Positions 9,760 to 20,033 of a stretch of 64,000 nt of DNA are shown here, piece after piece; position 1 is the first letter of the stretch; each line of letters opens with the position of its first letter. The notes under the pieces are model-generated. The model was not told the DNA's origin. It worked only from the letters and a program-made list of their open reading frames with translations, and ran no database searches. This DNA comes from an uncultured Gemmatimonadales bacterium (lineage in GTDB: Bacteria; Gemmatimonadota; Gemmatimonadetes; Gemmatimonadales; GWC2-71-9): assembly GCA_963695555.1 (NCBI GenBank), contig CAVOGR010000007.1, forward strand, positions 608,001-672,000. The letters are read 5' to 3'. The position numbers and the translations under genes were made by a program.

Positions 9760-9794
9760 GATTCAGTTCCACCTGCGTCCTACTCAGGCAACCC

Positions 9795-10232
9795 TTAGTA
9801 ACACTTCGGGGCGCCTTCGGTGTCCGTCGCAGCCAGACCGGCACCACCGGCATACGTGGCAGGATCGCCCACGAAGATGCCGCACACGTCGTTGGCGGCG
9901 CTGGTAACGGCGGGGTTCGTGATAGTCGCATTCCAACCAGCGGCATCAACGTAGTTCAACGTGAGCGCGTTCCCGGTGGTCGGCGAAAAGGCCACCGTAC
10001 CGGCACCCGCCACACCGTTGATCTGCGCCACGCCGAACGCGCCGGCATAGTCGTTGTTGTCGGAGAAGAAGCCTTCATTCGCGGTCACCATATTCCGCAG
10101 ATCCGACTTCATCGATGCAACAACGGCCTTCTCCTTCGTGTTCGCGAACTTCGGAATTGCGATCGCGGCCAAGATGCCGATGATCACGACTACGATCAGC
10201 AACTCGATCAGGGTGAATCCCTTGCGGTTCAT
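9795..10232 (-). CDS. pilA: Major type IV pilin
   Basis: MNRKG|FTLIELLIVVVIIGILAAIAIPKF; GGAGG RBS; own sigma54 promoter; adjacent to pilR. Confidence 0.9.
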   Translation of the reverse strand: MNRKGFTLIELLIVVVIIGILAAIAIPKFANTKEKAVVASMKSDLRNMVTANEGFFSDNNDYAGAFGVAQINGVAGAGTVAFSPTTGNALTLNYVDAAGWNATITNPAVTSAANDVCGIFVGDPATYAGGAGLAATDTEGAPKCY

Positions 10233-10317
10233 GGTACTTCCTCCAGTTGAGATAACTTTCATCACCACGTTCGTCGGGTAGCCAAACCCATTGGGACCTA
10301 TTCCCGCGATGGTAATG

Positions 10318-10333
10318 AGCAACGAGTGTGCCA
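10318..10333 (-). promoter_or_regulatory. sigma54 (-24/-12) promoter of pilA
   Basis: Minus strand TGGCACACTCGTTGCT, a full consensus match next to pilR. Confidence 0.9.
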
Positions 10334-10350
10334 GGGGTGGGGCTGATGAT

Positions 10351-10377
10351 CTAAGTCATTAGGATATAACGACTTAG
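10351..10377. promoter_or_regulatory. AT-rich dyad / IHF-like site upstream of pilA promoter
   Basis: CTAAGTC-ATTAGGATATAAC-GACTTAG inverted repeat just upstream of the -24 box. Confidence 0.6.
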
Positions 10378-10484
10378 GGTGTCATTGAGCAGGACAATCC
10401 GATCCGCTTTTTCGGGCGTTAACCCCGGATTTTGCAAGACAAGCGATAACAGGGGGCCTGCGGACTGCGAGGGGAGGCCGAGCG

Positions 10485-11870
10485 CTATTCCTTGGCCAGC
10501 TCCGCCGCCTGCTCTTCGTAGCGGCTCAGCTTGCGATAGAGGGTGGATGGATCGATGCCGAGGGCTTCGGCCGCGCGGGTCTTGTTGCCCCCCTCCGCCT
10601 GGAGCACGTACATGATGTAGGCCCGCTCGATCACGTCGAGCGTGGGGTTGCGGAAGGACCGCTCCGCGACCAGCGGCTCCTTGCGGCGCCGGGTGATGCG
10701 CTCCGGCAAGGCGGTCGGCTCGATCAGGTTCCCGCGGGTCAGCACCACGGCGTGCTCTAGCGCGTTTTCGAGCTCACGAACATTACCCGGCCAGTCGTAG
10801 ACCAGCATGGCATCGAGCGCGTCGGCAGACAGCGCCTTCGGCTCCCCGTCACCCTCGTTCGCCACCCGCTGGAGAAACCACTCGATCAGCAGCAGGAGAT
10901 CGTCACGCCGTTCGCGCAGCTGCGGAAGGTGGAGCGCGATCACGTTGAGCCGGTAGAACAGGTCGGAGCGGAAATTGCCGCGGCGCACTTCTTCTTCGAG
11001 GTCGCGATTAGTCGCGGCAATGATCCGCACGTCCACCGGGATGGCCTCGGTGGCTCCCACAGGAATGACCTCGCGCTCCTGCAATACCCTGAGAAGCTTG
11101 ATCTGAAGCGACGGGGGCATCTCGCCCACCTCGTCGAGGAAGAACGTCCCCCCGCGTGCCGCGGCGAAGAGTCCCTGCTTGTCGCGGACCGCCCCGGTGA
11201 ACGATCCCTTGACGTGCCCGAACAACTCGCTCTCCAGCAGGTTCTCGGGCAGGGCCCCGCAGTTGATCGACAGGAACGGCCCGTCGGTCCGAATTGAGAG
11301 ATTGTGCAGGTAGCGGGCGACGACCTCCTTGCCGGTCCCGCTCTCGCCCTGAATCAAGACCGTGGAGTCGGTCGGCGCGATCTGTTCGGCCAGCTTGAGC
11401 ACATCGATGAACCGCTTCGACTTGCCGATCGGGCGTGAGTGACTGCTCCGGTCGCGACGCTGGATTTCCTGTTTGAGCTGTTTGTTCTCGACTCGGACCT
11501 GGCGGAATTCGCAGGCCCGGCGGAGAATGGCCACCAACTCGTCGTTGGCAAACGGCTTCTGCAGGTAGTAGTAGGCCCCTTGGTTGACGGCGCTGATGGC
11601 AGTCTGAAGCGATGCCTGAGCGGTCATCAGGATCACGGGCGTCATGGGATCCTGCTCGCGCGAGGCCTGGAGGATGTCGATGCCCGTGACCTGGGGCATG
11701 CGAACGTCCGACAGGATGAGGTCGTGCACTCCCGCGCGGATCTGGTCCAGTCCGGCCTTGCCACCTTGGGCGGTGACGACCTCGAAGCCTTCCTTCTTCA
11801 GGAGGATCCGGAGCGTGTCCAGAATTGCGGACTCGTCGTCGATCACCAACACGGACGGCTTTTGGCTCAT
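10485..11870 (-). CDS. pilR: sigma54-dependent response regulator PilR (NtrC family)
   Basis: REC (IDDE, SDVRMP), [39 protein letters not shown]; upstream of pilA. Confidence 0.85.
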   Translation of the reverse strand: MSQKPSVLVIDDESAILDTLRILLKKEGFEVVTAQGGKAGLDQIRAGVHDLILSDVRMPQVTGIDILQASREQDPMTPVILMTAQASLQTAISAVNQGAYYYLQKPFANDELVAILRRACEFRQVRVENKQLKQEIQRRDRSSHSRPIGKSKRFIDVLKLAEQIAPTDSTVLIQGESGTGKEVVARYLHNLSIRTDGPFLSINCGALPENLLESELFGHVKGSFTGAVRDKQGLFAAARGGTFFLDEVGEMPPSLQIKLLRVLQEREVIPVGATEAIPVDVRIIAATNRDLEEEVRRGNFRSDLFYRLNVIALHLPQLRERRDDLLLLIEWFLQRVANEGDGEPKALSADALDAMLVYDWPGNVRELENALEHAVVLTRGNLIEPTALPERITRRRKEPLVAERSFRNPTLDVIERAYIMYVLQAEGGNKTRAAEALGIDPSTLYRKLSRYEEQAAELAKE

Positions 11871-13567
11871 GCAGCAGCGTCCTCCACCTTGCGTTGTGCC
11901 GGAAGGAAAATAGTAAAGGTCGTCCCGACTCCGGCCTGGGTATCGACGAGCACCAACCCCCGGTGGGCCTCGACCGCCCGCTGGACGATGGCCAGCCCCA
12001 GCCCGGTGCCGCCTTTCCGGCCCGTCACGAACGGCTGGAAGATACGGTCGAGGACGGCCGAAGGGATCCCCGGCCCGTCGTCTTCCACCTGGATGCGGAC
12101 CGGCTGTTCGATACCGCTCCCAATCGGGAGGTCCGCGGCATGACCGGCGCCGAAGCTGACCCGGATATGCACAGGACCCGTGGCGGCTTGCGCGGCATTC
12201 AGGAGGAGATTGGCCACGATCCGGTGCAGCAGGTCCTCGTCCGCTTGTACGAAGGTCGGCTCGCCCTCGATGACGATCTTCGCGTCGCCCACATCGGGGT
12301 GGGCTTGAACCAACCGCGAAGCGGCCTCGACGACCGACCGCAGATCCACGTCCTGGGACTGCGTCACCCGTACCCTGGAGAAATCGAGAAACTCACTGAG
12401 CAGCCGCGTCAGCCGGTCGGTCTCCCGCACGATGAGATCGGCCAGCACTTGATCGTCCTCGTCGGCGTGAGCGGTCTTCGCCAGTTGCTCCACCGAGCTC
12501 CGAATGGAGGATAACGGGTTCCGAATCTCATGGGCCAACGAGGCGCTCAACGCCGCGACGGCTTCCAGTCGCTCGGCCCGACGATGCAGCTCCTCGAGTC
12601 GCTTGGAGGCCGAGATGTCCGTGAAAAGGGCCGTGACCGACTGGCCCGCGCCCGTACCGCGCGCGAAGGTGGTCGTCGTGAGACCGATTGGGAACCTGCT
12701 CCCGTCCAGCCGGGTAATTGCCCCTTCGCCACGGCTCACCCTCTCACCGCTTCGCGCCCCCGCCTCGAGCGCGGCCCACAATTCAGCCGAGCGCCGTTTT
12801 AGGACATCGAGAAACGGTCGGCCCAACATCACCGCCGCATTCACCTGGAGCAATTGCTCCGCCATCGGGTTGATGAAGGCCAACCGCCCCGTGCTGTCCA
12901 CCGTCAGAACGCCGGATCGGATGTTGTATAGGATTTCATCCGCTTCGAGCTTGATCCGGCGCAGCTCGCTCTCGAGGGACATCTGCTCGGCCCCGGCCTG
13001 CCGCAGCCGGGTACCGAGTGCCGAGATGATGGCGTACACCGCCAGAAACACGGTCACCTGACCCCACACGCCAAGATCGGGCATGCGCGGCGTGGGCCAC
13101 ATGACTTCTGCCAGGTACAGCGACGAGGCCAGGAGAGCAACGAGAAATCCCGGCAGCGGGGGCATCAGCACGGCATAGGCCGCGATCAGAACGACGTAGA
13201 GCGCCGTTGCGGGGCTCTCGCCACCGCCCGAGGAATAGACCAGGGTGGCCACCAAGCCGAGGTCGACCAGCGCCTGGACGAAGAGGAAGAACAACCCCGG
13301 CTGCGCGCCTCGCACCCACACCAGCCACCAGGAGTACGCGGTGACGGTGAAGCCGATGAGCACCACGACGCTGACGAGAAACGACGCGTCCGGCGCGCGC
13401 GTCCAGAGCACGGCTGCGCTCAACAACGCGGCCACCGCGAGGACCATCCGGGCCGCGAAGAGCCAGGACATCATGGTGCGTTGGCTGGGCAGCGTCCGGC
13501 CTGTCCCGGCGGAGTGCGGGCCAGGAGACGCTGGCTCAGCCACCGGCGTGGATTGCTCAGATGTCAT
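11867..13567 (-). CDS. pilS: Membrane sensor histidine kinase PilS-like (multi-TM, PAS, HisKA, HATPase)
   Basis: LAHEIRNPL, NLLLNA, DDGPG, GTGLGL; overlaps pilR start. Confidence 0.85.
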   Translation of the reverse strand: MTSEQSTPVAEPASPGPHSAGTGRTLPSQRTMMSWLFAARMVLAVAALLSAAVLWTRAPDASFLVSVVVLIGFTVTAYSWWLVWVRGAQPGLFFLFVQALVDLGLVATLVYSSGGGESPATALYVVLIAAYAVLMPPLPGFLVALLASSLYLAEVMWPTPRMPDLGVWGQVTVFLAVYAIISALGTRLRQAGAEQMSLESELRRIKLEADEILYNIRSGVLTVDSTGRLAFINPMAEQLLQVNAAVMLGRPFLDVLKRRSAELWAALEAGARSGERVSRGEGAITRLDGSRFPIGLTTTTFARGTGAGQSVTALFTDISASKRLEELHRRAERLEAVAALSASLAHEIRNPLSSIRSSVEQLAKTAHADEDDQVLADLIVRETDRLTRLLSEFLDFSRVRVTQSQDVDLRSVVEAASRLVQAHPDVGDAKIVIEGEPTFVQADEDLLHRIVANLLLNAAQAATGPVHIRVSFGAGHAADLPIGSGIEQPVRIQVEDDGPGIPSAVLDRIFQPFVTGRKGGTGLGLAIVQRAVEAHRGLVLVDTQAGVGTTFTIFLPAQRKVEDAAA

Positions 13568-13664
13568 GTACCCTCGGAGGCAGGGAGCAGGCCCGCGGCA
13601 GTCCGCCGGTCACCCGGAGTGCATAATAGGAAGGGCGCGCCGCGGCGGGCAAGCGAGGCAAAGG

Positions 13665-14315
13665 CTACCACGCGGCCAATTGCCGCAGTACATCGGCGTC
13701 GAGACGATGCCCGCCGTTGAACGTGATGACGTCGTGCTGGATGCCGAAGGACGCAAATCTCGCGATCTCCTTCTTCAAGGCGTCACTCTCCACATAGCTG
13801 TCCTTCGTTCCCACCACCACGGTGAACCGGATCCGGGCCAACTGTTCCCTGGCACTCCTCATCTCGTCATCCGGCAGCAGTGGCCCTCCCCAGAGCACGA
13901 TCCGATCGGGCCGCACCTGACCGTGCGCCGCCCAACGGCACACCGTGGCCGTTCCCTGGGAGAAGCCCAGGGCGGTCAGCCGCAGCCCGTCCTGGTGCGT
14001 CTTGGCGAGGATATGATGGTAGAGTGCATCGAGGAAGCCGACATGGTCCACGATCTCATGTGTCCTAGCTTCACGGGTCATCCAACTCGCGCCGACGGGC
14101 CCGCTCTGGCCCTGGAGGTAGAAACGCGACAGGCCTTCCGGAGCCACAATGAGCCGCCCGGGAGCCCTGAGCGACTCGAACTCCATCACAAAGTTGGCCG
14201 CGAGCTGGCCATACCCGTGGCACACCATCCAGCAGTCCCGGACGGAATCATCGAGCGTACCGAGGGTGGCGTAGCGAGCCGTGCGGGGAACTGGAAGAGT
14301 CCACTCAGACGGCAT
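13665..14315 (-). CDS. Alpha/beta hydrolase (phospholipase/carboxylesterase-like)
   Basis: HGYGQ, GFSQG nucleophile elbow, GTKD, GGH. Confidence 0.85.
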   Translation of the reverse strand: MPSEWTLPVPRTARYATLGTLDDSVRDCWMVCHGYGQLAANFVMEFESLRAPGRLIVAPEGLSRFYLQGQSGPVGASWMTREARTHEIVDHVGFLDALYHHILAKTHQDGLRLTALGFSQGTATVCRWAAHGQVRPDRIVLWGGPLLPDDEMRSAREQLARIRFTVVVGTKDSYVESDALKKEIARFASFGIQHDVITFNGGHRLDADVLRQLAAW

Positions 14316-14454
14316 GTCCGAACTCCGGATTGGGTAGGGCAGCACCTCCATCACCGCGCTTGGTGGCGCAGCCACATGGCAAAGATAGAGGGGTTGACCC
14401 GAAGTCGAGCGGCCGGCAGCTTCCCGGACAGTTCACTCACATGGAGCATGTGAC

Positions 14455-14919
14455 ATGCATCGTCTCATGGTCTTGGCATGCCTGGGCGTAGTGGCCGCCC
14501 CAGCGGCGGCCGCCGCCCAATCAGCCGAATCGGACGTCATGACGGTCATCACCGGCCTGTTCGACGGCATGCGGGCAGGCGACAGCGCCGCCGTTCGTGC
14601 GGCCTTCGCCCCGGACGCCCGCCTCATGACGGCGTTCGAACGTGACGGCATTCCGACACTTCGGGCCGGGTCCCTCGAGCAATTCATCGCCCTGGTCGGG
14701 AGCCCCCATGACGACATCTGGGACGAGCGAATCTGGGGGACCGACGTGCGGATCGACGGTCGGCTCGCGACCGTGTGGACCAACTACGCCTTCTACCTCG
14801 GCGAGAAATTCAGCCACTGCGGGGTCGACGCGTTCCAGCTGTTCCACGGCGCGGCAGGTTGGCAGATCGTGCACCTGATCGATACCCGACGCACCGAAGG
14901 CTGTACCACCGACCGATGA
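14455..14919 (+). CDS. Secreted NTF2-like fold protein
   Basis: Signal peptide AAA|QSAE; LFDGMRAGD, ATVWTNYAFY, HCGVDAFQL, WQIVH. Confidence 0.75.
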   Translation: MHRLMVLACLGVVAAPAAAAAQSAESDVMTVITGLFDGMRAGDSAAVRAAFAPDARLMTAFERDGIPTLRAGSLEQFIALVGSPHDDIWDERIWGTDVRIDGRLATVWTNYAFYLGEKFSHCGVDAFQLFHGAAGWQIVHLIDTRRTEGCTTDR

Positions 14920-14992
14920 TCGATCGCGATCCGGATCGCGCCGGGCCGCGAACGGTGCTATCCTTGGTGCGACCCTATCCCCGAACGGACCG

Positions 14993-17728
14993 ATGACTCA
15001 TACCATCCGCCGGGCGGTCATTGTCGCCCTCGTCATAGGTTTCGTCCTGCTCCTCGCCATCCCCGGGGCGATTTCACTCTACATAGACTGGCTCTGGTTC
15101 GAGGAGCTTCGATTCGAGCGCGTGTTTACGACGGAGCTGGTTACCCAGCTCGCGCTCTTTGCCGGCGCCGGGCTCGTCGTGTTCGGAGTGCTCTGGGCCA
15201 ATCTCCGGCTGGCGCAACGGGGACTCGTACCCGACCCCATCTTGATCAAGTTCAACCCGAACGCCCCGCATCTCAACGTGACGGCGTTGCTCGGGCGCTT
15301 GGCCATCCCGACCGCCCTGGTCCTCGCGTTCCTGACGGCCCTTCCCCTGACCGGGAATTGGCTGTCCGTGCTGCAGTTCATTCATCGCACGCCGTTCGGA
15401 GTGGCCGACCCGATCTTCGGACGCGACATCGGCTACTATGTGTTCGTCTTGCCCTTGCTCAGCGCCGGTTTGGGCTTGGTGCTGGCACTGCTCATCCTCA
15501 GCCTGGCCCTGAGCGTTCCGCTCTATTGGTTGAGGGGTGACGTCGTCATCAACGGTCGCCGTGTTCGCGTGGAGCCATCCGCCGGCCTACACCTCGGCAT
15601 CCTCGTTGCCCTCGTCTTCCTGACACTCGGGATCCAAACCTGGTTCGTCCACATTCCCAGCCTCCTCTTCTCCACCACCGGCCCGCTGGTGGGCGCCAGT
15701 TATGCCGACCTCCACGCAAGCCTGCCTGCGCTGCGACTATCGGCAGTGATTGCCCTGCTGGCGGCGGGGTTCGTCCTGGTCGGCGCCATCCGCGGCACTG
15801 TGGCCTGGAACGCGACGCTCGCCCTCGCAGCGTATCTGCTCGTGGTGGTCGTAGGACAAGGAATTGTGCCCAGTGCCGTGCAGAAGCTGTTCGTCGATCC
15901 GACGGAGCTGACCCGGGAGACGCCCTATCTCGCCCACCATATCGAGGCGACCCGCCGCGCGTGGAAGCTGGACAGCGTGGAGACGCTCGACCTGCGCGGC
16001 GAGGCCCAACTCACCCGGGACGACATCGCGGCCAACGCTCCCACCATCGAGAACGTGCGCCTGTGGGATCGCGACCCGCTGCTCCAGACCTTCGGACAGC
16101 TCCAGGAAATCCGCACGTATTACGACTTCATCTCGGTCGATGACGACCGGTACTGGATCGACGGGAAGTACCGGCAGGTCATGTTGTCGCCGCGCGAGCT
16201 GAATCCGGCATCGTTGCCGACCCGCACGTTCATCAACGAACATCTCGTCTTCACCCACGGGATGGGAGTTACCCTGGGGCCGGTGAACCAGGTGACGGAG
16301 GAGGGCCTGCCGGTCCTGTTCATTCAGGACCTGCCCCCGGCCTCGAGGGTGTCGCTCCAGGTCACTCGGCCGCAGATCTACTTTGGTGAACTGGCGCAAC
16401 AATACGTGTTCGTCAACACCCGCCGGGAGGAGTTCGACTACCCCTCCGGAGATGCCAACGTCTTCACGGCGTATGAGGGGACGGCCGGGATCTCCATCGG
16501 AGGGCCGCTGCGCCGCGGGCTCCTCGCATGGCATTTCCGGTCGATGAACATCCTTCTCTCGGGGGACCTCACGGCCGAGTCGCGCATCTTGTTTTATCGC
16601 AACATCGTCGACCGGACGCGCCGGGCCCTGCCCTTCCTCCGGCTCGACCACGACCCCTACCTCGTGGTCACCGACGCGGGCGAGCTCAAGTGGATCCTCG
16701 ACGGCTACACGGTCGCCAGCCGCTATCCCTACTCCCAGCGACTGGCCGACGGCACCAGCTACATGCGGAACAGCGTCAAGGTGGTGCTCGACGCCTACAA
16801 CGGCAACGTGGTCCCGTACATCGCCGAGCCCGACGATCCGCTCATCCGAACCTACGACCGGATCTTCCCGGGCATCTTCAAGCCGCTCGCCGAACTGCCG
16901 GCCGACCTCCGGGCCCACCTGCGCTATCCGGAGGACTTGTACGGGATCCAGGCATCGCTGTACACCACCTACCATATGGATGAGGCCGAGGCGTTCTATC
17001 ACCGCGAGGATCAATGGCAGATCCCGGCGATCGATCAACGTGACCGGCCCGATCCATTCATGCGACACATCGTGCTCCGGCTGCCGGAAGAAGACCAAGC
17101 CGAGTTCATCTTCATGACTCCATTCACCCCGCGCGGGAAGGACAATCTGGCCGCGTGGATGGTGGCGAGAAATGACGGCCCACACTATGGGAAGCTCCGG
17201 GTGTACCAGTTCCCGCGGCAAAGCCTGGTGTTCGGCCCGCGTCAAATCGTGAATCGCATCAACCAAGACACTGAAGTGTCGCGCCAAACTTCGCTCTGGG
17301 ACCAGCGGGGCTCGCAGGTCATTCGGGGTGAGCTCTTGGTGATTCCGATCGAGGAGTCGCTCATCTACGTCCAGCCGATCTACCTGCGGGCCGAGGGGGG
17401 CCGCATTCCCGAGCTCAAGCGGGTGGTTGTGGCCTACCAGAATCAGGTGGTGATGGAGGAAACCCTGGAACAGGCGTTGGCCGTGCTGTTCGGCGCTCAG
17501 CAGCCGTCCACCGTCGGTCAGGCACCGGCCGTTGCCGCCGCGGCCCCGGGCGCGACGACCGTTCAGGGGCTCACCGGCGGGGCCGCGACCCTGATCCGCC
17601 AAGCGACCGACCACTACGCACGCGCCATGGAGGCCCAGCGCGCCGGAGATTGGGCCGCCTACGGCGAGTCGATTCGTCGTCTTGGCGCGGTCCTCGACGA
17701 ACTCCGGAGCACAACAGCCGGACCGTGA
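14993..17728 (+). CDS. UPF0182 family membrane protein
   Basis: DWLWF, DPIFGRDIGYYVF, NVRLWD, YMRNSVK, IPELKRVVV motifs; 911 aa. Confidence 0.9.
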   Translation: MTHTIRRAVIVALVIGFVLLLAIPGAISLYIDWLWFEELRFERVFTTELVTQLALFAGAGLVVFGVLWANLRLAQRGLVPDPILIKFNPNAPHLNVTALLGRLAIPTALVLAFLTALPLTGNWLSVLQFIHRTPFGVADPIFGRDIGYYVFVLPLLSAGLGLVLALLILSLALSVPLYWLRGDVVINGRRVRVEPSAGLHLGILVALVFLTLGIQTWFVHIPSLLFSTTGPLVGASYADLHASLPALRLSAVIALLAAGFVLVGAIRGTVAWNATLALAAYLLVVVVGQGIVPSAVQKLFVDPTELTRETPYLAHHIEATRRAWKLDSVETLDLRGEAQLTRDDIAANAPTIENVRLWDRDPLLQTFGQLQEIRTYYDFISVDDDRYWIDGKYRQVMLSPRELNPASLPTRTFINEHLVFTHGMGVTLGPVNQVTEEGLPVLFIQDLPPASRVSLQVTRPQIYFGELAQQYVFVNTRREEFDYPSGDANVFTAYEGTAGISIGGPLRRGLLAWHFRSMNILLSGDLTAESRILFYRNIVDRTRRALPFLRLDHDPYLVVTDAGELKWILDGYTVASRYPYSQRLADGTSYMRNSVKVVLDAYNGNVVPYIAEPDDPLIRTYDRIFPGIFKPLAELPADLRAHLRYPEDLYGIQASLYTTYHMDEAEAFYHREDQWQIPAIDQRDRPDPFMRHIVLRLPEEDQAEFIFMTPFTPRGKDNLAAWMVARNDGPHYGKLRVYQFPRQSLVFGPRQIVNRINQDTEVSRQTSLWDQRGSQVIRGELLVIPIEESLIYVQPIYLRAEGGRIPELKRVVVAYQNQVVMEETLEQALAVLFGAQQPSTVGQAPAVAAAAPGATTVQGLTGGAATLIRQATDHYARAMEAQRAGDWAAYGESIRRLGAVLDELRSTTAGP

Positions 17729-18504
17729 AGATCATCTCGTGGAACGTCAACTCCATTCGGACCCGGCTCGCGCGGACCCTGGCGCTACTCGAACGCCACC
17801 GTCCCGACGTCCTCTGCCTCCAGGAGACCAAGGTCCGCGACGATGACTTCCCGGTCGACGAGTTCTCGGCGATCGGCTACCACGCCCAGATCTTCGGTCA
17901 GAAGACCTACAACGGCGTCGCCATCCTGAGCCGGTCCCCGGCCTCCGACGTATGCCACGGCTTCCCCGGCGATCCGACGGCTGACCAGGCGCGGGTAATC
18001 GGCGGCACGGTCGACGGGGTCCAGATCCTCAACCTCTATGTGATCAATGGGGAATCAGTCGACAGCCCGAAATTCCAGCTCAAGCTCCAGTGGCTGGATG
18101 CCGTGCTCCGCTGGCTCGAGCAGGATTTCGACCCGGGCCGGCCGCTCCTTCTCGTGGGCGATTTCAACGTCACACCCGACGATCGCGACGTCCACGACCC
18201 CGGAAAGTGGCGCGGACGGGTGCATTGCAGCGGCGCCGAACGAGACCGAATCCGGCAACTCGTTGCCTGGGGCTTGGTGGATGTGACCCGGCGGCACCAC
18301 CCCGGCGGAGGGCCGCACACCTGGTGGGACTACCGCGGCGGCGCCTTCCATCGCGGCTGGGGGCTCCGCATCGACCTGGCGCTGGCGAGCGAGCCGGTGG
18401 CGTCGCGCTGCCGGAGCGTCGAGATCGACCGGGACGAGCGCAAGCCGTCGAGCGGCGAGGGCAAGCCGAGCGATCACGCGCCGTTGATCGTCCACCTCAA
18501 CTAG
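17725..18504 (+). CDS. xth: Exodeoxyribonuclease III
   Basis: SWNVNS, LQETK, YNGVAILS, GDFN, TWWDYR, LRID, SDHAP; GTGA overlap with upstream stop. Confidence 0.93.
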   Translation: MKIISWNVNSIRTRLARTLALLERHRPDVLCLQETKVRDDDFPVDEFSAIGYHAQIFGQKTYNGVAILSRSPASDVCHGFPGDPTADQARVIGGTVDGVQILNLYVINGESVDSPKFQLKLQWLDAVLRWLEQDFDPGRPLLLVGDFNVTPDDRDVHDPGKWRGRVHCSGAERDRIRQLVAWGLVDVTRRHHPGGGPHTWWDYRGGAFHRGWGLRIDLALASEPVASRCRSVEIDRDERKPSSGEGKPSDHAPLIVHLN

Positions 18505-18510
18505 GCGCGG

Positions 18511-19879
18511 CTAGGCGACGTACACCGTCTTTACGTTGACGAATTCCCGTATCCCGAACATCCCCAGCTCGCGACCATACCCCGACTCCTTGACGCCTCC
18601 GAAGGGCAGCCGCGGATCGGACCGGACGAAGGCATTCACGAAACAGCACCCGGCTTCGAGGCGGGTCGTGGCAATGCGCTCGCCGCGCTCGATGTCACGG
18701 GTGAAGATGGCCGCCCCGAGCCCGAACGCCGTGTCGTTCGCGACCATGATGGCTTCGTCCTCATCGGCCACCGGTATGATGGCGGCCACCGGGCCGAAGA
18801 GTTCCTCTTCGTAGGCCGGCATGCCCTTCGTGACGCTGCTCAGCACCGTTGGCGGGTAGAACGCGCCCGGCGAGTCGGGAATCCTGCCACCCAGCAGCAG
18901 GCGGGCCCCGGCCGCAACACTCCGCTCCACCTGCCGGTGGAGTTCGTCGCGGAGATCATGGCGGGCGAGCGGACCGAGGTCCACCGACTCCTCGGTCGGG
19001 TCGCCCATGGTCTTCGATGCCATGCCGGCCACCATCCGGCGTTCGAACTCCGCCAGGATAGTCTCGCGGAACGATGAATCGTTTGGCCGCGATACAACTC
19101 TGGCCGGTGTTGATCAGACGGCCCGTCACGCATGCCTCCGCCGCGCGATCGAGATCGGCGTCTTCCAAGATCACGTAGGGATCACTGCCCCCGAGCTCGA
19201 GCACGGTCTTCTTGAGCCTGGTTCCGGCTTCGCGCGCGACGGCACGGCCGGCGGGCGTGCTCCCGGTCAGGGTGACGCCCTGAACCGATGGATGGCCGAT
19301 CACGCCGGCCACATCGGCGCTTCCGATCAACAGGGTGCGAAACAAATGGTCGGGAGCGCCGGCTTCCCGCCACAGGCGCTCGATGGCCAGGGCGCATCCG
19401 GGGACGTTGCTCGCGTGCTTGAGCGCCATGCCGTTGCCGGCCATGAGGGCCGGGGCGGCGGCGCGGAATACCTGCCAGAACGGAAAATTCCAGGGCATGA
19501 CCGCCAAGATCACGCCGAGCGGTCGATAGGCCACGAAACTCCGGCGCGCGTCGGTCGCGATGTGCTCCGGAGCGAGGAAGTCAGGGCCCTGCTCCGCGTA
19601 GTACTCGCACACCCAGGCACACTTTTCCACTTCCGCCTTGCCCTGAGCGACCGGCTTGCCCATCTCAGCCGCCATCAGCCGGGCCAGGGGCACCGCCTCC
19701 CGGCGGAGGGCTTGCCCGGTCTTGCTCAGGAGCAGAGCGCGCTCGCCCATGGCGCACTCACGCCAGGCCTGTTGGGCCCTGTCCATTTGGTCGAGGACGG
19801 CCGCCGCCGCCGCCGCGCTGAGCGTCTGGTAGGTTTCGAGGGTGTTACCGGTCGTCGGGTCGATACTCGTGATGGTCAT
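18511..19879 (-). CDS. NAD(P)-dependent succinate-semialdehyde dehydrogenase-like ALDH (apparent +1 frameshift near 19068)
   Basis: MPWNFP, LTGS, LELGGSD, GQSC in one frame; EELFGP, PFGGVKESG in the other. Confidence 0.85.
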
Positions 19880-19971
19880 GATAGGGACCTCCTCCCCGGT
19901 CAAAACTAGTTTCGGACCTGAGGAGGGCGCTATCGATACCACGCTGGGGCGGTAGGAAGCCGGAGGGAGGG

Positions 19972-20012
19972 AAACCGATGGGGCCCGACCGCAAGCGGTC
20001 GGGCCCCATCGG
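19972..20012 (-). terminator. Intrinsic terminator after pilC
   Basis: Perfect inverted repeat CCGATGGGGCCCGACCGC-AA-GCGGTCGGGCCCCATCGG followed by TTT on the minus strand. Confidence 0.75.
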
Positions 20013-20033
20013 CCATCGGAGAGAACAGCGTGC

